The notes beneath the pieces were generated by a model. It saw nothing but the letters and a program-made list of their open reading frames with translations, was not told the origin of the DNA and ran no database searches. DNA of 62,574 nt, the filler included, from Nemertoderma westbladi (taxonomy: Eukaryota; Animalia; Xenacoelomorpha), in the NCBI GenBank assembly GCA_032718475.1. It is 3 parts of 3 records of this genome, joined end to end, with 100 filler letters (N's around TTAATTAATTAA, not from the genome) between each part and the next. Parts side by side here need not be neighbours in the genome. Positions count along the whole stretch, not along the records: positions 46,271 to 62,574 come from JAUCBJ010004590.1; 2 more parts are not named here. One strand, written 5' to 3'. Below, one piece after another: positions 48,006 through 61,993 of the stretch (its first letter is position 1; the number at the start of each line of letters is the position of its first letter). Both the position numbers and the translations under genes were made by a program.

Positions 48006-50887
48006 TACTACTACTAGGTCGAGCGAACTCGGACAGTGGAAATGAGATGCTTCCAGGCTTCCCGATTCTCCATAGTTGTTGCAATTTCGTTTCTCCCAAG
48101 TTCAGTATCCCTTTCAAGTTGATCTATATATGTTATGGCTGGTCGTCCATGACTACGCGTTCCATGAGTTGGTTGCCAGAGAAACAGATCTGGTATGACC
48201 TCGTCTTTACTTCGCCAGCAGTGCCCACTGAATCTTAATCAGCGTTCACGGAGGGTGGTTGATACAGGTGGTATTGTACCATAAAGCTCGGCGTTTGTCA
48301 TGTCTTGTCTCCAGCTGATATTTAGGGCTGCCCTTAGTAGTCTTGTGTAGCAACCATCAATTCGTTGTTCAAGGGATTTAGTCAGTGTCCAGGTCTCACC
48401 CCCGTATAAAAATACACTTTCCACTGTGGCTCGAAAGAACTTAGTCTTCATGTGCCTGGAGAGATCTGATTTCCAGATGGTATCCATTTTTGATAGAGCT
48501 ACCCAAGCCTTTGCTTTCCTAACTTCTATGTCCTTTTTGCTACTCTCTATCCATGATCCAAGGTACTGGAAGTCATCGACCTTCCTTAGTTGATTATTAT
48601 CAATGGTTGTCAAGTTTCCATCAACATTAAAGGTCATGAATTCGGTCTTGGTAGCATTTATATGCAATCCAACCTCCTTAGCAGCCCTCTCCACTTTATT
48701 TAGTAGAAGCTGTGCATCTGCTAGCGTATTAGAGAGCAGGGCAATGTCATCCGCAAAGTCGGTGTCTGTAACTGTAGTTGCGGATATCTACTACTTCTGC
48801 GTTCTTGAAGTGTGAAACCCAGATCTTCACCCTTTGTGGCCGTCCTCATTGCATAATCCAGCACAATTACAAATAGTAATGGTGCTAATGTGTCACCTTG
48901 CCGTACGCCAGCCAGGATTGAGAAAAACTCAGTTTCACCATCTGGTGAGAGTACCTGCGCTTCTGTGTCACAATATAACAATCCAATGCCAGCAACAATT
49001 ACTTCTGGTATTCTATAAGCTCTTAGGATTTCAAGCATTTTACCTCTGTGGATGGAGTCGAATGCCTTCTTGAAGTCCAAAAAGTCATGACAGCGGGGAG
49101 TTTCTTCGACTTAATTCCTTCAATCAGTCTCCGTAGTGCAAGTATCTGAGCTATTGTTGATCTACTTGGTCGAAATCCATTTTGGCTCTTACGCAGTAGT
49201 TTCTCTATGTGAGGCCTAATCCTATATAGAATAATTTTATTGTATATTTTGGCAGCTACCACAAGCAGACAGATCCCACGATAGTTTGTTGGTATTCCGA
49301 GGTCTCCTTTCTTGGGGAGAGGCTTTAGTTGACCTTTAGTCCAAATTGGTGGTGGCTTTTCCCCCTTTAACATCCGGTTGCAAACATTCAATAATGGTCT
49401 GTTTAGCACTCCGGTTTTCCATACCTCCGCTGGGATTTCATCTAATCCACTCGCTTTATTATTGGACATGCTTTTAATGCTTCTTTGGAGTTCGGCAGGT
49501 GTGAAGTCCCCTGTTTCTATAGGTAGTGTCTTGTCATATATTTTCCTTGTAGGGCTGACATCGATGTTTGGTGGCTGCCCAAGCAAGTTGCTGAAGTGAT
49601 TTTTCCACTTCCCAACACGTTCTTCAGGACTATCGGCTTTGAGGCGCCCCTTTGCACAACTTTTCCGACCAGATACCTCATGTACCTCAGATATACCCAG
49701 ATACCTCCGTTTGCCAGGTAAGTCTTGATTGTTGCTGTATGTGAGCAGTTGTAATTGCTTCAGTTTTATCCTGTATGTACTTTTCCTGGCTGATGTTGTA
49801 GGCCAATTTAAGATCGTCCTTAGCTTTCTCAACCTTGTTAATGTTTTCGGTTGTTGGTTGTTCGGTTTTAACTTTGTAGGCTATCTTAAGATCTTCTCTC
49901 TTACAAGTAACCTCAGAGTTTTGCCATACTGTTTTCGTTTGGGTTTCTAGGGGATATGCCTCTTAGCTGATTCCTTGTGGGCTGTTATTATATTCTGGTA
50001 TATTGAATCGGTGGATTGGTCTTCATCCATTGACTGAAGTGCTTCAAAGCGGTTTTGAACTTCTACTGTGTAAGCATCCTTTACAGCATTGTCAGTTCTG
50101 AGTTTCTCCCAGTCATAGTTGATTTGCTTGCTTGTCCTGGGTTTGCTGGCTCTCAAACTGAGTCTGATCTCTGCAGTCACAATTCTGTGGTCCGAACCAA
50201 TTAGGTTGAACGAGCTGTATGCCTCACAGTTGATCATGCTGTTTCTCCACTTTTTGTTTATAAGGATGTAATCCAGTTGTTCTTTGGTTCCATTAGGGTA
50301 TTGAAAGGTCCATAGCTTCCCCTTACTCTTTTCGAATGTGTTGTTTGTTGGTATCAATTCACATTCTTCCATTAGGTCTAAAAGTAAGTACCCATTTCTG
50401 TTAGAACTGGTGTTATAGGTGTAACCCTTGATGTCTTCTGGGCCAATTTGCGCATTCAGGTCACCAGCAATGACTTTAACATTGTGTTTCGGAATGTCCT
50501 TTATAAGTCCAGTCAGTTCTTCATAAAACTTGACTGCTTGTTCTGGCTCTGAGGCATTGGTTGGACTGTAGCAACATATAACTGTTGTCTTGGGATTCCC
50601 ATCAAATGTTGCGATCATAACCCTGGAATTTATAAATTTTATGTTGTTTAGGGTCTTAAGTGCAAATGGACTTAGCAGAATTCCTACTCCACCAATTGAT
50701 GCATTGGCCGAGTTTCTTACTGCTGAGCTTGTTACTAACGTCCATCCATTTCCAATGTCATTGTACTTCATGGCAGTGTCTTCATGACAAATCCGATGTT
50801 CTTGGATGCAGATGATGTCGATGTTATATTCCATTGCCAGAGCGACCATGTCACCCTGTTTGGTATGTGCTTTCAGCGTGCGTGTGT
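48006..50887 (-). mobile_element. RTE-clade non-LTR retrotransposon (second family), APE + RT, with stops and frameshifts
   Basis: ICIQEHR, CYSPTN, GDLNA, QLDYIL, SDHR; QNGFR, DFKKAFDS, GVRQGDTLAP, DFADD, YLGSW; (TAG)n tail; 10-bp TSD TCATTTTTAC at 47996-48005 and 50888-50897. Confidence 0.94.
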
Positions 50888-51125
50888 TCATTTTTACATT
50901 TATTTTTACAGCAACTAATATAATTTGTGCATTTTCTATCACTTATAATATATATACTACTACATTTCGCAATGTTACAATTTTGGAATAAAACTACATA
51001 CATACTTGTTGCAAAGTACTTTACAGTGTTCTGATTCTCGTGGCTTAATTTTTACTCACACACTACGTTCGTTGGTGTAAAAAAGCGCTCGGATTATCAC
51101 ACTGTAAAGTGCTACTTTACACTCA

Positions 51126-54100
51126 AGTATCAGGTCTCTTGCATAAACAAAGTAAATGTGAAAGTCTACCAGGTCTCCTACAAAAATAAAGTAAATGAAA
51201 GTCTACCAGGTCTCCTGCAAAAATATAGTAAATAAAAGTGTACCAGTTCTGCTACAAAAATAAAGTAAATGTGAAAGTCTACCAGGTCTCCTACAAAAAT
51301 AAAGTAAATGAACGTCTACCAGGTCTCCTACATAAATAAAGTAAATGAAAGTCTACCAGGTCTCCTACAAAAATAAAGTAAATGAAAGTCTACCAGGTCT
51401 CCTACAAAATAAAGTAAATGTGAAAGTCTACCAGGTCTCCTACAAAAATAAAGTAAATGAAAGTCTACCAGGTCTCCTACGAAAATAATGCAAATGTGAA
51501 AGTGTAACAGGTCTCCTACAAAAATAAAGTAAATGAAAGTCTACCAGTTCTCCTACAAAAATAAAGCAAATGAAAGTGTACCAGTTCTGCTACAAAAATA
51601 AAGTAAATGTGAAAGTCTACCAGGTCTCCTACAAAAATAAAGTAAATGAACGTCTACCAGGTCTCCTACATAAATAAAGTAAATGAAAGTGTACCAGTTC
51701 TCCTACAAAATAAAGTAAATGAAAGTCTACCAGTTCTCCTACAAAAATAAAGCAAATGAAAGTCTACCAGGTCTCCTACAAAAATAAAGTAAATGTTAAA
51801 GTGTACCAGGTCTCCTACAAAAATAAAGTAAATGAAAGTCTACCAGGTCTCCTACAAAAATAAATTAAATGAAAGTGTACCAGGTCTCCTACAAAAATAA
51901 AGTAAATGAAAGTGTACCAGGTCTCCTACAAAAATAAAATAAATGTTAAAGTGTACCAGGTCTCCTACATAAACAAAATAAATGAATTGTACCAGGTCTC
52001 CTACAAAAATAAAGTAAATGAAAGTCTACCAGGTCATCTACATAAACAAAGTAAATGAAAGTGTACCAGGTCTCCTACATAAACAAAGTAAATGAAAGTG
52101 TACCAGGTCTCCTACATAAACAAAGTAAATAAAAGTGTACCAGGTCTCCTACATAACCAAAGTCAATGAAAGTGTACCAGGTCTCCTACATAAACAAAAT
52201 AAAATGAAAGTGTACCAGGTTTCCTCCATAAACAAAGTAAATGAAAGTGTACCAGGTCTCCTGCATAAACAAAGTAAATGAAAGTGTACCAGGTCTCCTA
52301 CAAAAATAAAGTAAATGTGAAAGTGTACCAGGTCTCCTACAAAAATATAGTAAATAAAAGTCTACCAGATCTCCTACATAAACAAAATAAAAGAAAGTGT
52401 ACCAGGTCTCCTACATAAACAAAATAAATGAAAGTCTATCAGGTCTCCTACAAAAATAAAGTAAATGAAAGTCTACCACGTCGCCTACATAAACAAAATA
52501 AAAGAAAGTGTACCAGGTCTCCTACATAAACAAAGTAAATGAAAGTGTACCAGGTCTCCTACAAAAATAAAGTAAATGTTAAAGTGTACCAGGTCTCCTA
52601 CAAAAATAAAGTAAATGAAAGTGTACCAGGTCTCCTACAAAAATATATTAAATGAAAGTCTACCAGGTCATCTACATAAACAAAGTAAATGAAAGTGTAC
52701 CAGGTCTCCAACATAAACAAAGTAAATGAAAGTCTAACAGGTCTCCTACAAAAATAAAGTAAATGTTAAAGTGTACCAGGTCTCCTACATAAACAAAATA
52801 AATGAAATGTACAAGGTCTCCTACAAAAATAAAGTAAATGAAAGTCTACCAGGTCATCTACATAAATAAAGTAAATGAAAGTCTACCAGGACTCCTACAT
52901 AAACAAAATAAATGAAAGTCTATCAGGTCTCCTACAAAAATAAAGTAAATGAAAGTCTACCAGGTCTCCTACAAAAATAAATTAAATGAAAGTCTACCAG
53001 GTTATCTACATAAACAAAGTAAATGAAAGTGTACCAGGTCTCCAACATAAACAAAGTAAATGAAAGTCTAACAGGTCTCCTACAAAAATAAAGTAAATGT
53101 TAAAGTGTACCAGGTCTCATACATAAACAAAATAAATGAAATGTACAAGGTCTCCTACAAAAATAAAGTAAATGAAAGTCTACCAGGTCATCTACATAAA
53201 TAAAGTAAATGAAAGTGTACCAGGTCTCCTGCATAAACAAAGTAAATGAAAGTCTACCAGGTCTCCTACAAAAATAAAGTAAATGTTAAAGTGTACCAGG
53301 TCTCTTACAAAAATAAAGTAAATGTTAAAGTGTACCAGGTCTCCTACAAAAATAAAGTAAATGTTAAAGTGTAGCAGGTCTCCTACAAAAATAAAGTAAA
53401 TGAATTGTACCAGGTCTCCTACAAAAATAAATTAAATGTTAAAGTGTACCAGGTCTCCTACAAAAATAAAGTAAATGTTAAAGTGTACCAGGTCTCCTAC
53501 AAAAATAAAGTAAATGAATTGTACCAGGTCTCCTACAAAAATAAATTAAATGTTAAAGTGTACCAGGTCTCCTACAAAAATAAAGTAAATGTTAAAGTCT
53601 ACCAGGTCTCCTACCAAAAATAAAGTAAATGAACGTCTACCAGGTCTCCTACAAAAATAAAGTAAATGTTAAAGTGTACCAGGTCTCCTACAAAAATAAA
53701 GTAAATGAAAGTGTACCAAGTCTCCTACAAAAATAAAGTAAATGTTAAAGTGTACCAGGTCTACTACAAAAATAAAGTAAATGAATTGTACCAGGTCTCC
53801 TACAAAAATAAATTAAATGTTAAAGTGTACCAGGTCTCCTACAAAAATAAAGTAAATGTTAAAGTCTACCAGGTCTCCTACCAAAAATAAAGTAAATGAA
53901 CGTCTACCAGGTCTCCTACAAAAATAAAGTAAATGTTAAAGTGTACCAGGTCTCCTACAAAAATAAAGTAAATGAATTGTACCAGGTCTCCTACAAAAAT
54001 AAATTAAATGTTAAAGTGTACCAGGTCTCCTACAAAAATAAAGTAAATGTTAAAGTCTACCAGGTCTCCTACCAAAAATAAAGTAAATGTTAAAGTGTAC

Positions 54101-57100
54101 CAGGTCTCCTACAAAAATAAAGTAAATGTTAAAGTGTACCAGGTCTCCTACAAAAATAAAGTAAATGTTAAAGTGTACCAGGTCTCCTACAAAAATAAAG
54201 TAAATGAATTGTACCAGGTCTCCTACAAAAATAAAGTAAATGAAAGTGTACCAGGTCTCCTACAAAAATAAAGTAAATGAAAGTGTACCAAGTCTCCTAC
54301 AAAAATAAAGTAAATGTTAAAGTGTACCAGGTCTCCTACAAAAATAAAGTAAATGAATTGTACCAGGTCTCCTACAAAAATAAATTAAATGTTAAAGTGT
54401 ACCAGGTCTCCTACAAAAATAAAGTAAATGTTAAAGTGTAACAGGTCTCCTACCAAAAATAAAGTAAATGAAAGTCTACCAGGTCTCCTACAAAAATAAA
54501 GTAAATGAAAGTCTACCAGGTCTCCTACCAAAAATAAAGTAAATGAACGTCTACCAGGTCTCCTACAAAAATAAATTAAATGAAAGTGTACCAGGTCTCC
54601 TACAAAAATAAAGTAAATGTTAAAGTGTACCAGGTCTCCTACAAAAATAAAGTAAATGAAAGTCTACCAGGTCTCCTACAAAAATAAATTAAATGAAAGT
54701 GTACCAGGTCTCCTACAAAAATAAAGTAAATGTTAAAGTGTACCAGGTCTCCTACAAAAATAAAGTAAATGAATTGTACCAGGTCTCCTACAAAAATAAA
54801 TTAAATGTTAAAGTGTACCAGGTCTCCTACAAAAATAAAGTAAATGTTAAAGTCTACCAGGTCTCCTACCAAAAATAAAGTAAATGAACGTCTACCAGGT
54901 CTCCTACAAAAATAAAGTAAATGTTAAAGTGTACCAGGTCTCCTACAAAAATAAAGTTAATGAAAGTCTACCAGGTCTCCTACAAAAATATAGTAAACAA
55001 AAGTGTACCAAGTCTCCTACAAAAATAAAGTAAATGTTAAAGTGTACCAGGTCTCCTACAAAAATAAAGTAAATGAATTGTACCAGGTCTCCTACAAAAA
55101 TAAATTAAATGTTAAAGTGTACCAGGTCTCCTACAAAAATAAAGTAAATGTTAAAGTCTACCAGGTCTCCTACCAAAAATAAAGTAAATGAACGTCTACC
55201 AGGTCTCCTACAAAAATAAAGTAAATGAAAGTGTACCAAGTCTCCTACAAAAATAAAGTAAATGTTAAAGTGTACCAGGTCTCCTACAAAAATAAAGTAA
55301 ATGAATTGTACCAGGTCTCCTACAAAAATAAATTAAATGTTAAAGTGTACCAGGTCTCCTACAAAAATAAAGTAAATGTTAAAGTCTACCAGGTCTCCTA
55401 CCAAAAATAAAGTAAATGAACGTCTACCAGGTCTCCTACAAAAATAAAGTAAATGAAAGTGTACCAAGTCTCCTACAAAAATAAAGTAAATGTTAAAGTG
55501 TACCAGGTCTCCTACAAAAATAAAGTAAATGAATTGTACCAGGTCTCCTACAAAAATAAATTAAATGTTAAAGTGTACCAGGTCTCCTACAAAAATAAAG
55601 TAAATGTTAAAGTCTACCAGGTCTCCTACCAAAAATAAAGTAAATGAACGTCTACCAGGTCTCCTACAAAAATAAAGTAAATGTTAAAGTGTACCAGGTC
55701 TCCTACAAAAATAAAGTAAATGAATTGTACCAGGTCTCCTACCAAAAATAAAGTAAATGAAAGTGTACCAGGTCTCCTACAAAAATAAAGTAAATGAAAG
55801 TCTACCAGGTCTCCTACAAAAATAAATTAAATGAAAGTGTACCAGGTCTCCTACAAAAATAAAGTAAATGTTAAAGTGTACCAGGTCTCCTACAAAAATA
55901 AAGTTAATAAAAGTCTACCAGGTCTCCTACAAAAATAAAGTAAATGAATTGTACCAGGTCTCCTACCAAAAATAAAGTAAATGAACGTCTACCAGGTCTC
56001 CTACAAAAATAAATTAAATGAAAGTCTACCAGGTCTCCTACAAAAATAAATTAAATGAAAGTGTACCAGGTCTCCTACAAAAATAAAGTAAATGTTAAAG
56101 TGTACCAGGTCTCCTACAAAAATAAAGTTAATAAAAGTCTACCAGGTCTCCTACATAAATAAAGTAAATGAAAGTGTACCAGGTCTCCTACATAAACAAA
56201 GTAAATGAAAGTGTACCAGGTCTCCTACATAAACAAAGTAAATGAAAGTCTACCAGGTCTCCTACAAAAATAAATTAAATGAAAGTCTACCAGGTCTCCT
56301 ACAAAAACAAATTAAATGAAAGTGTACCAGGTCTCCTACAAAAATAAAGTAAATGTTAAAGTGTACCAGGTCTCCTACAAAAATAAAGTTAATAAAAGTC
56401 TACCAGGTCTCCTACATAAATAAAGTAAATGAAAGTGTACCAGGTCTCCTACATAAACAAAGTAAATGAAAGTGTACCAGGTCTCCTACATAAACAAAGT
56501 AAATGAAAGTCTACCAGGTCTCCTACAAAAATAAATTAAATGAAAGTCTACCAGGTCTCCTACAAAAATAAATTAAATGAAAGTGTACCAGGTCTCCTAC
56601 AAAAATAAAGTAAATGTTAAAGTGTACCAGGTCTCCTACAAAAATAAAGTTAATGAACGTCTACCAGGTCTCCTACAAAAATAAAATAAATGAACGTCTA
56701 CCAGGTCTCCTACAAAAATAAAGTAAATGTTAAAGTGTACCAGGTCTCCTACAAAAATAAAGTTAATGAAAGTCTACCAGGTCTCCTACAAAAATAAAGT
56801 AAATGAACGTCTACCAGGTCTCCTACAAAAATAAATTAAATGAAAGTCTACCAGGTCATCTACATAAACAAAGTAAATGAAAGTGTACCAGGTCTCCAAC
56901 ATAAACAAAGTAAATGAAAGTGTACCAGGTATCCTACAAAAATAAAGTAAATGTGAAAGTGTACCAGTTCTCCTACAAAAATAAAGTAAATGTTAAAGTG
57001 TACCAGGTCTCCTACATAAACAAAGTAAATGAAATTGTACCAGGTCTCCTACAAAAACAAAGTAAATGAAAGTGTACCAGATCTCCTACATAAATAAAGT

Positions 57101-60100
57101 GAATGTGAAAGTGTACCAGGTCTCCTACAAAAATAAAGTAAATGAAAGTCTACCAGGTCTCCTACAAAAATAAATTAAATGAAAGTGTACCAGGCCTCCT
57201 ACAAAAATAAAGTAAATGCAAGTGTACCAGGTCTCCTACAAAAATAAAGTAAATGTGAAAGTGTACCAGGTCTCCTACAAAAATAAAGTAAATGAAAGTC
57301 TACCAGGTCTCCTACAAAAATAAATTAAATGAAAGTGTACCAGGTCTCCTACAAAAATAAAGTAAATGCAAGTGTACCAGGTCACCTACAAAAATAAAGT
57401 AAATGTTAAAGTGTACCAGGTCTCCTACATAAATAAAATAAATGAATTGTACCAGGTCTCCAACAAAAATAACGTAAATGAAAGTCTACCAGGTCATCTA
57501 CATAAACAAAGTAAATGAAAGTGTACCAGGTCTCCTACATAAATAAAGTAAATGAAAGTGTACCAGGTCTCCTACATAAACAAAGTAAATGAAAGTGTAC
57601 CAGGTCTCCTACATAAACAAAGTAAATGAAAGTGTACCAGGTCTCCTACAAAAATAAAGTAATTGAAAGTGTACCAGGTCTCCTACAAAAATAAAGTAAT
57701 TGAAAGTGTACCAGGTCTCCTACATAAGCAAAATAAATGAATCGTAACAGGTCTCCTACAAAAATAAATGTGACGGGATCGAGTCTGAGATCCCGACCGG
57801 GTAAGGTTGTACGCGTCACTTGGCTGCTGTTCTGCTGGGCTATTATCTTTGGCCGAAGGCCCTTGGGGAAAAATAACAGAGTTTGTTTCTCAGTATTAAT
57901 AACTCCAGTGATAAAAGCACAGTCGTATATGAAATAATAATAGAGATTGTAAGACAGAATGATGACAGCAACAGTATAGTGATATAAATTACCATAAGAA
58001 ATGACGGTCAAAACTATGCCGGTCCGCAACTGTGTGATAATCTACTGACCGGTAAATCAGTAATCAGAGTAACTATATGGTTGATACATATTGGTTTCAC
58101 CTCTACGCTACTGTGGCCTTTGGTACCCAATGGATGCCCTCCTGTCCTTCCCCACCTGCTTCCCTGCCCTCTATTGGCTTATATACTAATTGTCACTTCG
58201 CCACTCCCTGTAAGTGTTACTCCCTGGTGCAAGCCTCGCTAGCTGGGTTGTCCCTCTGAGGTGGATCGACGTCTCACCTCTCTCTGTGGCTTAGGGCGTG
58301 TGTCGCCCCCCCCCCCCCAAGTTGGTTATGAGGCGAGATTATTTATTGGTAATCTCGCATCGCCAACTATATTGGTAAAATGCCACTGGTCCCATTTTCG
58401 GTGGGTGGTGTGGGAATTGAATCCGCTTACAATAAAGTAAATGAAAGTGTACCAGGTCTCCTTCAAAAATAAAGTAAATGTTAAAGTGTACCAGGTCTCC
58501 TACATAAACAAAGTAAATGAAAGTGTACCAGGTCTCCTACATAAACAAAGTAAATGAAAGTGTACCAGGTCTTCTACATAAACAAAGTAAATGAAAGTGT
58601 ACCAGGTCTCCTACATAAACAAAGTAAATGAAAGTGTACCAGGTCTCCTACATAAACAAAGTAAATGAAAGTGTACCAGGTCTCCTACAAAAATAAAGTA
58701 ATTGAAAGTGTACCAGGTCTCCTACATAAACAAAGTAAATGAAAGTGTACCAGGTCTCCTACATAAACAAAGTAAATGAAAGTGTACCAGGTCTCCTACA
58801 TAAACAAAGTAAATGAAAGTGTACCAGGTCTCCTTCAAAAATAAAGTAAATGTTAAAGTGTACCAGGTCTCCTACATAAACAAAGTAAATGAAAGTGTAC
58901 CAGGTCTCCTACATAAACAAAGTAAATGAAAGTGTACCAGGTCTCCTACAAAAATAAATTAAATGAAAGTGTACCAGGTCTCCTACAAAAATAAAGTAAT
59001 TGAAAGTGTACCAGGTCATCTACAAAAATAAAGTAATTGAAAGTGTACCAGGTCTCCTACAAAAACAAAGTAAATGAAAGTGTACCAGGTCTCCTACAAA
59101 AATAAAGTAATTGAAAGTGTACCAGGTCTCCTACATAAGCAAAATAAATGAATTGTACCAGGTCTCCTACAAAAATAAAGTAAATGAAAGTCTACCAGGT
59201 CATCTACATAAACAAAGTAAATGAAAGTGTACCAGGTCTTCTACATAAACAAAGTAAATGAAAGTGTACCAGGTCTCTTACATAAACAAAGTAAATGAAA
59301 GTGTACCAGGTCTCCTACAAAAATAAAGTAATTGAAAGTGTACCAGGTCTCCTACATAAGCAAAATAAATGAATTGTACCAGGTCTCCTACAAAAATAAA
59401 GTAAATGAAAGTGTACCAGGTCTCCTACAAAAATAAAGTAATTGAAAGTGTACCAGGTCTCCTACATAAACAAAGCAAATGAAAGTGTACCAGGTCTCCT
59501 ACAAAAATAAAGTAATTGAAAGTGTACCAGGTCTCCTACATAAACAAAGTAAATGAAAGTGTACCAGGTCTCCTACAAAAATAAAGTAATTGAAAGTGTA
59601 CCAGGTCTCCTACATAAGCAAAATAAATGAATTGTACCAGGTCTCCTACAAAAAGAAAGTAAATGAAAGTGTACCAGGTCTCCTACAACAATAAAGTAAA
59701 TGTTAAAGTGTACCAGGTCTCCTACATAAGCAAAATAAATGAATTGTACCAGGTCTCCTACAAAAATAAAGTAAATGAAAGTGTACCAGGTCTCCTACAA
59801 AAATAAAGTAAATGTTAAAGTGTACCAGGTCTCCTACATAAACAAAATAAATGAATTGTACCAGGTCTCCTACAAAAATAAAGTAAATGAAAGTCTACCA
59901 GGTCATCTACATAAACAAAGTAAATGAAAGTGTACCAGGTCTCCTACATAAACAAAGTAAATTAAAGTGTACCAGGTCTCCTACATAAACAAAGTAAATG
60001 AAAGTGTACCAGGTCTCCTACATAAACAAAGTAAATGAAAGTGTACCAGGTCTCCTACATAAACAAAGTAAATGAAAGTGTACCAGGTCTCCTACAAAAA

Positions 60101-60676
60101 TAAAGTAAATGAAAGTGTACCAGGTCTCCTACTTCAACAAAATAAATGAATTGTACCAGGTCTCCTACATAAACAAAGTAAATGAAATTGTACCAGGTAT
60201 CCTACAAAAATAAAGTAAATGTTAAAGTGTACCAGGTCTCCTACAAAAACAAATTAAATGAATTGATCCAGGTCTCCTACAAAAATAAAGTAAATGAAAG
60301 TCTACCAGGTCATCTACATAAACAAAGTAAATGAAAGTGTACCAGGTCTCCTACATAAACAAAGTAAATTAAAGTGTACCAGGTCTCCTACATAAACAAA
60401 GTAAATGAAAGTGTACCAGGTCTCCTACATAAACAAAGTAAATGAAAGTGTACCAGGTCTCCTACATAAACAAAGTAAATGAAAGTGTACCATGTCTCCT
60501 ACAAAAATAAAGTAAATGAAAGTCTACCAGGTCATCTACATAAACAAAGTAAATGAAAGTGTACCAAGTCTCCTACATAAATAAAGTAAATGTGAAAGTG
60601 TACCAGGTCTCCTACAAAAATAAAGTAAATGAAAGCCTACCAGGTCTCCTACATAAACAAAATAAATGAATTGTAC
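51126..60676. repeat. Satellite array, 36-39 bp unit GTGTACCAGGTCTCCTACAAAAATAAAGTAAATG(TT)AAA, ~9.5 kb
   Basis: Continuous head-to-tail repeats, roughly 235-240 units by length division, interrupted once at 57769-58431. Confidence 0.98.
57769..58431. mobile_element. Solo-LTR-like insertion (663 bp) within the satellite
   Basis: TGTGACGG...CCGCTTACA termini; 5-bp TSD ATAAA (57764-57768, 58432-58436); satellite phase resumes exactly. Confidence 0.85.
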
Positions 60677-60745
60677 TATTCTAGAAAATAATGAAATAAA
60701 AAAAATATAATGTTCTAGAATATATAGCTAGTTTTTTTAACTGAC

Positions 60746-61993
60746 CTCGACATTAAGTTCGCTCTGCAGTTTCTTAAAAATGACGTTATACTCAGCCACA
60801 CCGCTCTTTAATCGATCTAGTTTAGACTGCATACCATCAAGAAAATTTGATGACTTCTGAATGGCTAATTTGATGTCGTCAATGCTGTTTAAAATCCTCT
60901 GGGAAAGTTGTTGTGTGACTTTGTTAACGCCATCTCTGAAACAAATTAAATGCTGGGAGTTATCATTGGAGCAACTATTTATGCGTAACTTAAATTTTTA
61001 AATAGCACAGCTCTTGTCGGATTTCAAGATAAGCGGTCCGTGATGTACAGATGTACGTCACACGTAAACCAGAGCAAGGATGTTTTAAACAAAATAATAA
61101 ATGTTACCCATAACGAAAATATAAGGATTACGACATGACTTCTAGGCCTAGGATATAATATTACAAAATATAGAGAATTATTTAAATTAACATAAATTAC
61201 AGAACCGTTGTTGTATGTAAGATTCTAGTATGACTGCGATGTGTGTGGAATCATCCAAAACATCGTCCCAGAGTGGCTCGTAGCCATTATTGTACTGATT
61301 GCGAACATGTTAAGCAGGTTGGGGGGTAATTTGGACCTGCCTGAATCAGCTCCGTAGATATAAATACCACCAACGACCTTCCACTGGAAATTGTGTGAGT
61401 ATTCGTTATCTGAATTAACATCAGAGGAAACTCAGTTACAGAATAATAAATATTGGTGTCTTACTTGATGGTAACTATCATCATCCGTTGGTGCTTCTTG
61501 ACTTTAACTCCTCCACCCTGACGTGCAGACATGCTCTCAATAGCCACAACGCCCACAACCCAGTCTACTTGCCAATGACATGACACCGCCTCGTATCGTA
61601 GCTTCCTACGAGCCAGAACTCTAAATGAAACTCTTAACTACAGTATGTCTCAAAGGAATCTCTTATCTGTGACTGGGCTGGGTTGGGGTATTTACTAATG
61701 AAGTGGGATATTGTAGATTGTAAGTTAGTAGAAGGCGCTCTTGGATTGTCTATACGATAGTGGAGATGTTACTTCCCATTGTTATGTTGTAAACAGATCC
61801 TGTCACCTTTGACCTCTTTTTTCAAAACCTGCTTAACGATTCCCTGGGCTACATCCACCGGCAATCCCGCTACAGCCAGACCTCGGTTAGGGGTCCTGCT
61901 TTGGGGAAATTCCCAGTCGAGGGTTTGATTTAGACAACTGTGGTAGTCAAAGTAATAACTGACTTTATGTTTCTCACATACTATAATATCCAA
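60746..61993 (-). pseudogene. Exon cluster of an unidentified, apparently disrupted gene
   Basis: Exon-like blocks ~61773-61993, 61465-61620, 61206-61409 and 60746-60935, with GT donors on all four and AG acceptors on the last three. The last is fully open and coiled-coil-like (DGVNKVTQQLSQRILNSIDDIK...). The 61206-61409 block needs a frameshift. Confidence 0.45.

Noticed and set aside
51126-60676. CRISPR-like array or repeat-protein ORFs (KVYQVSYKNKVN)n
   Set aside because: There are no unique spacers and no cas genes. The ORFs arise only where 36/39-bp units happen to keep frame and break at 37-bp units.
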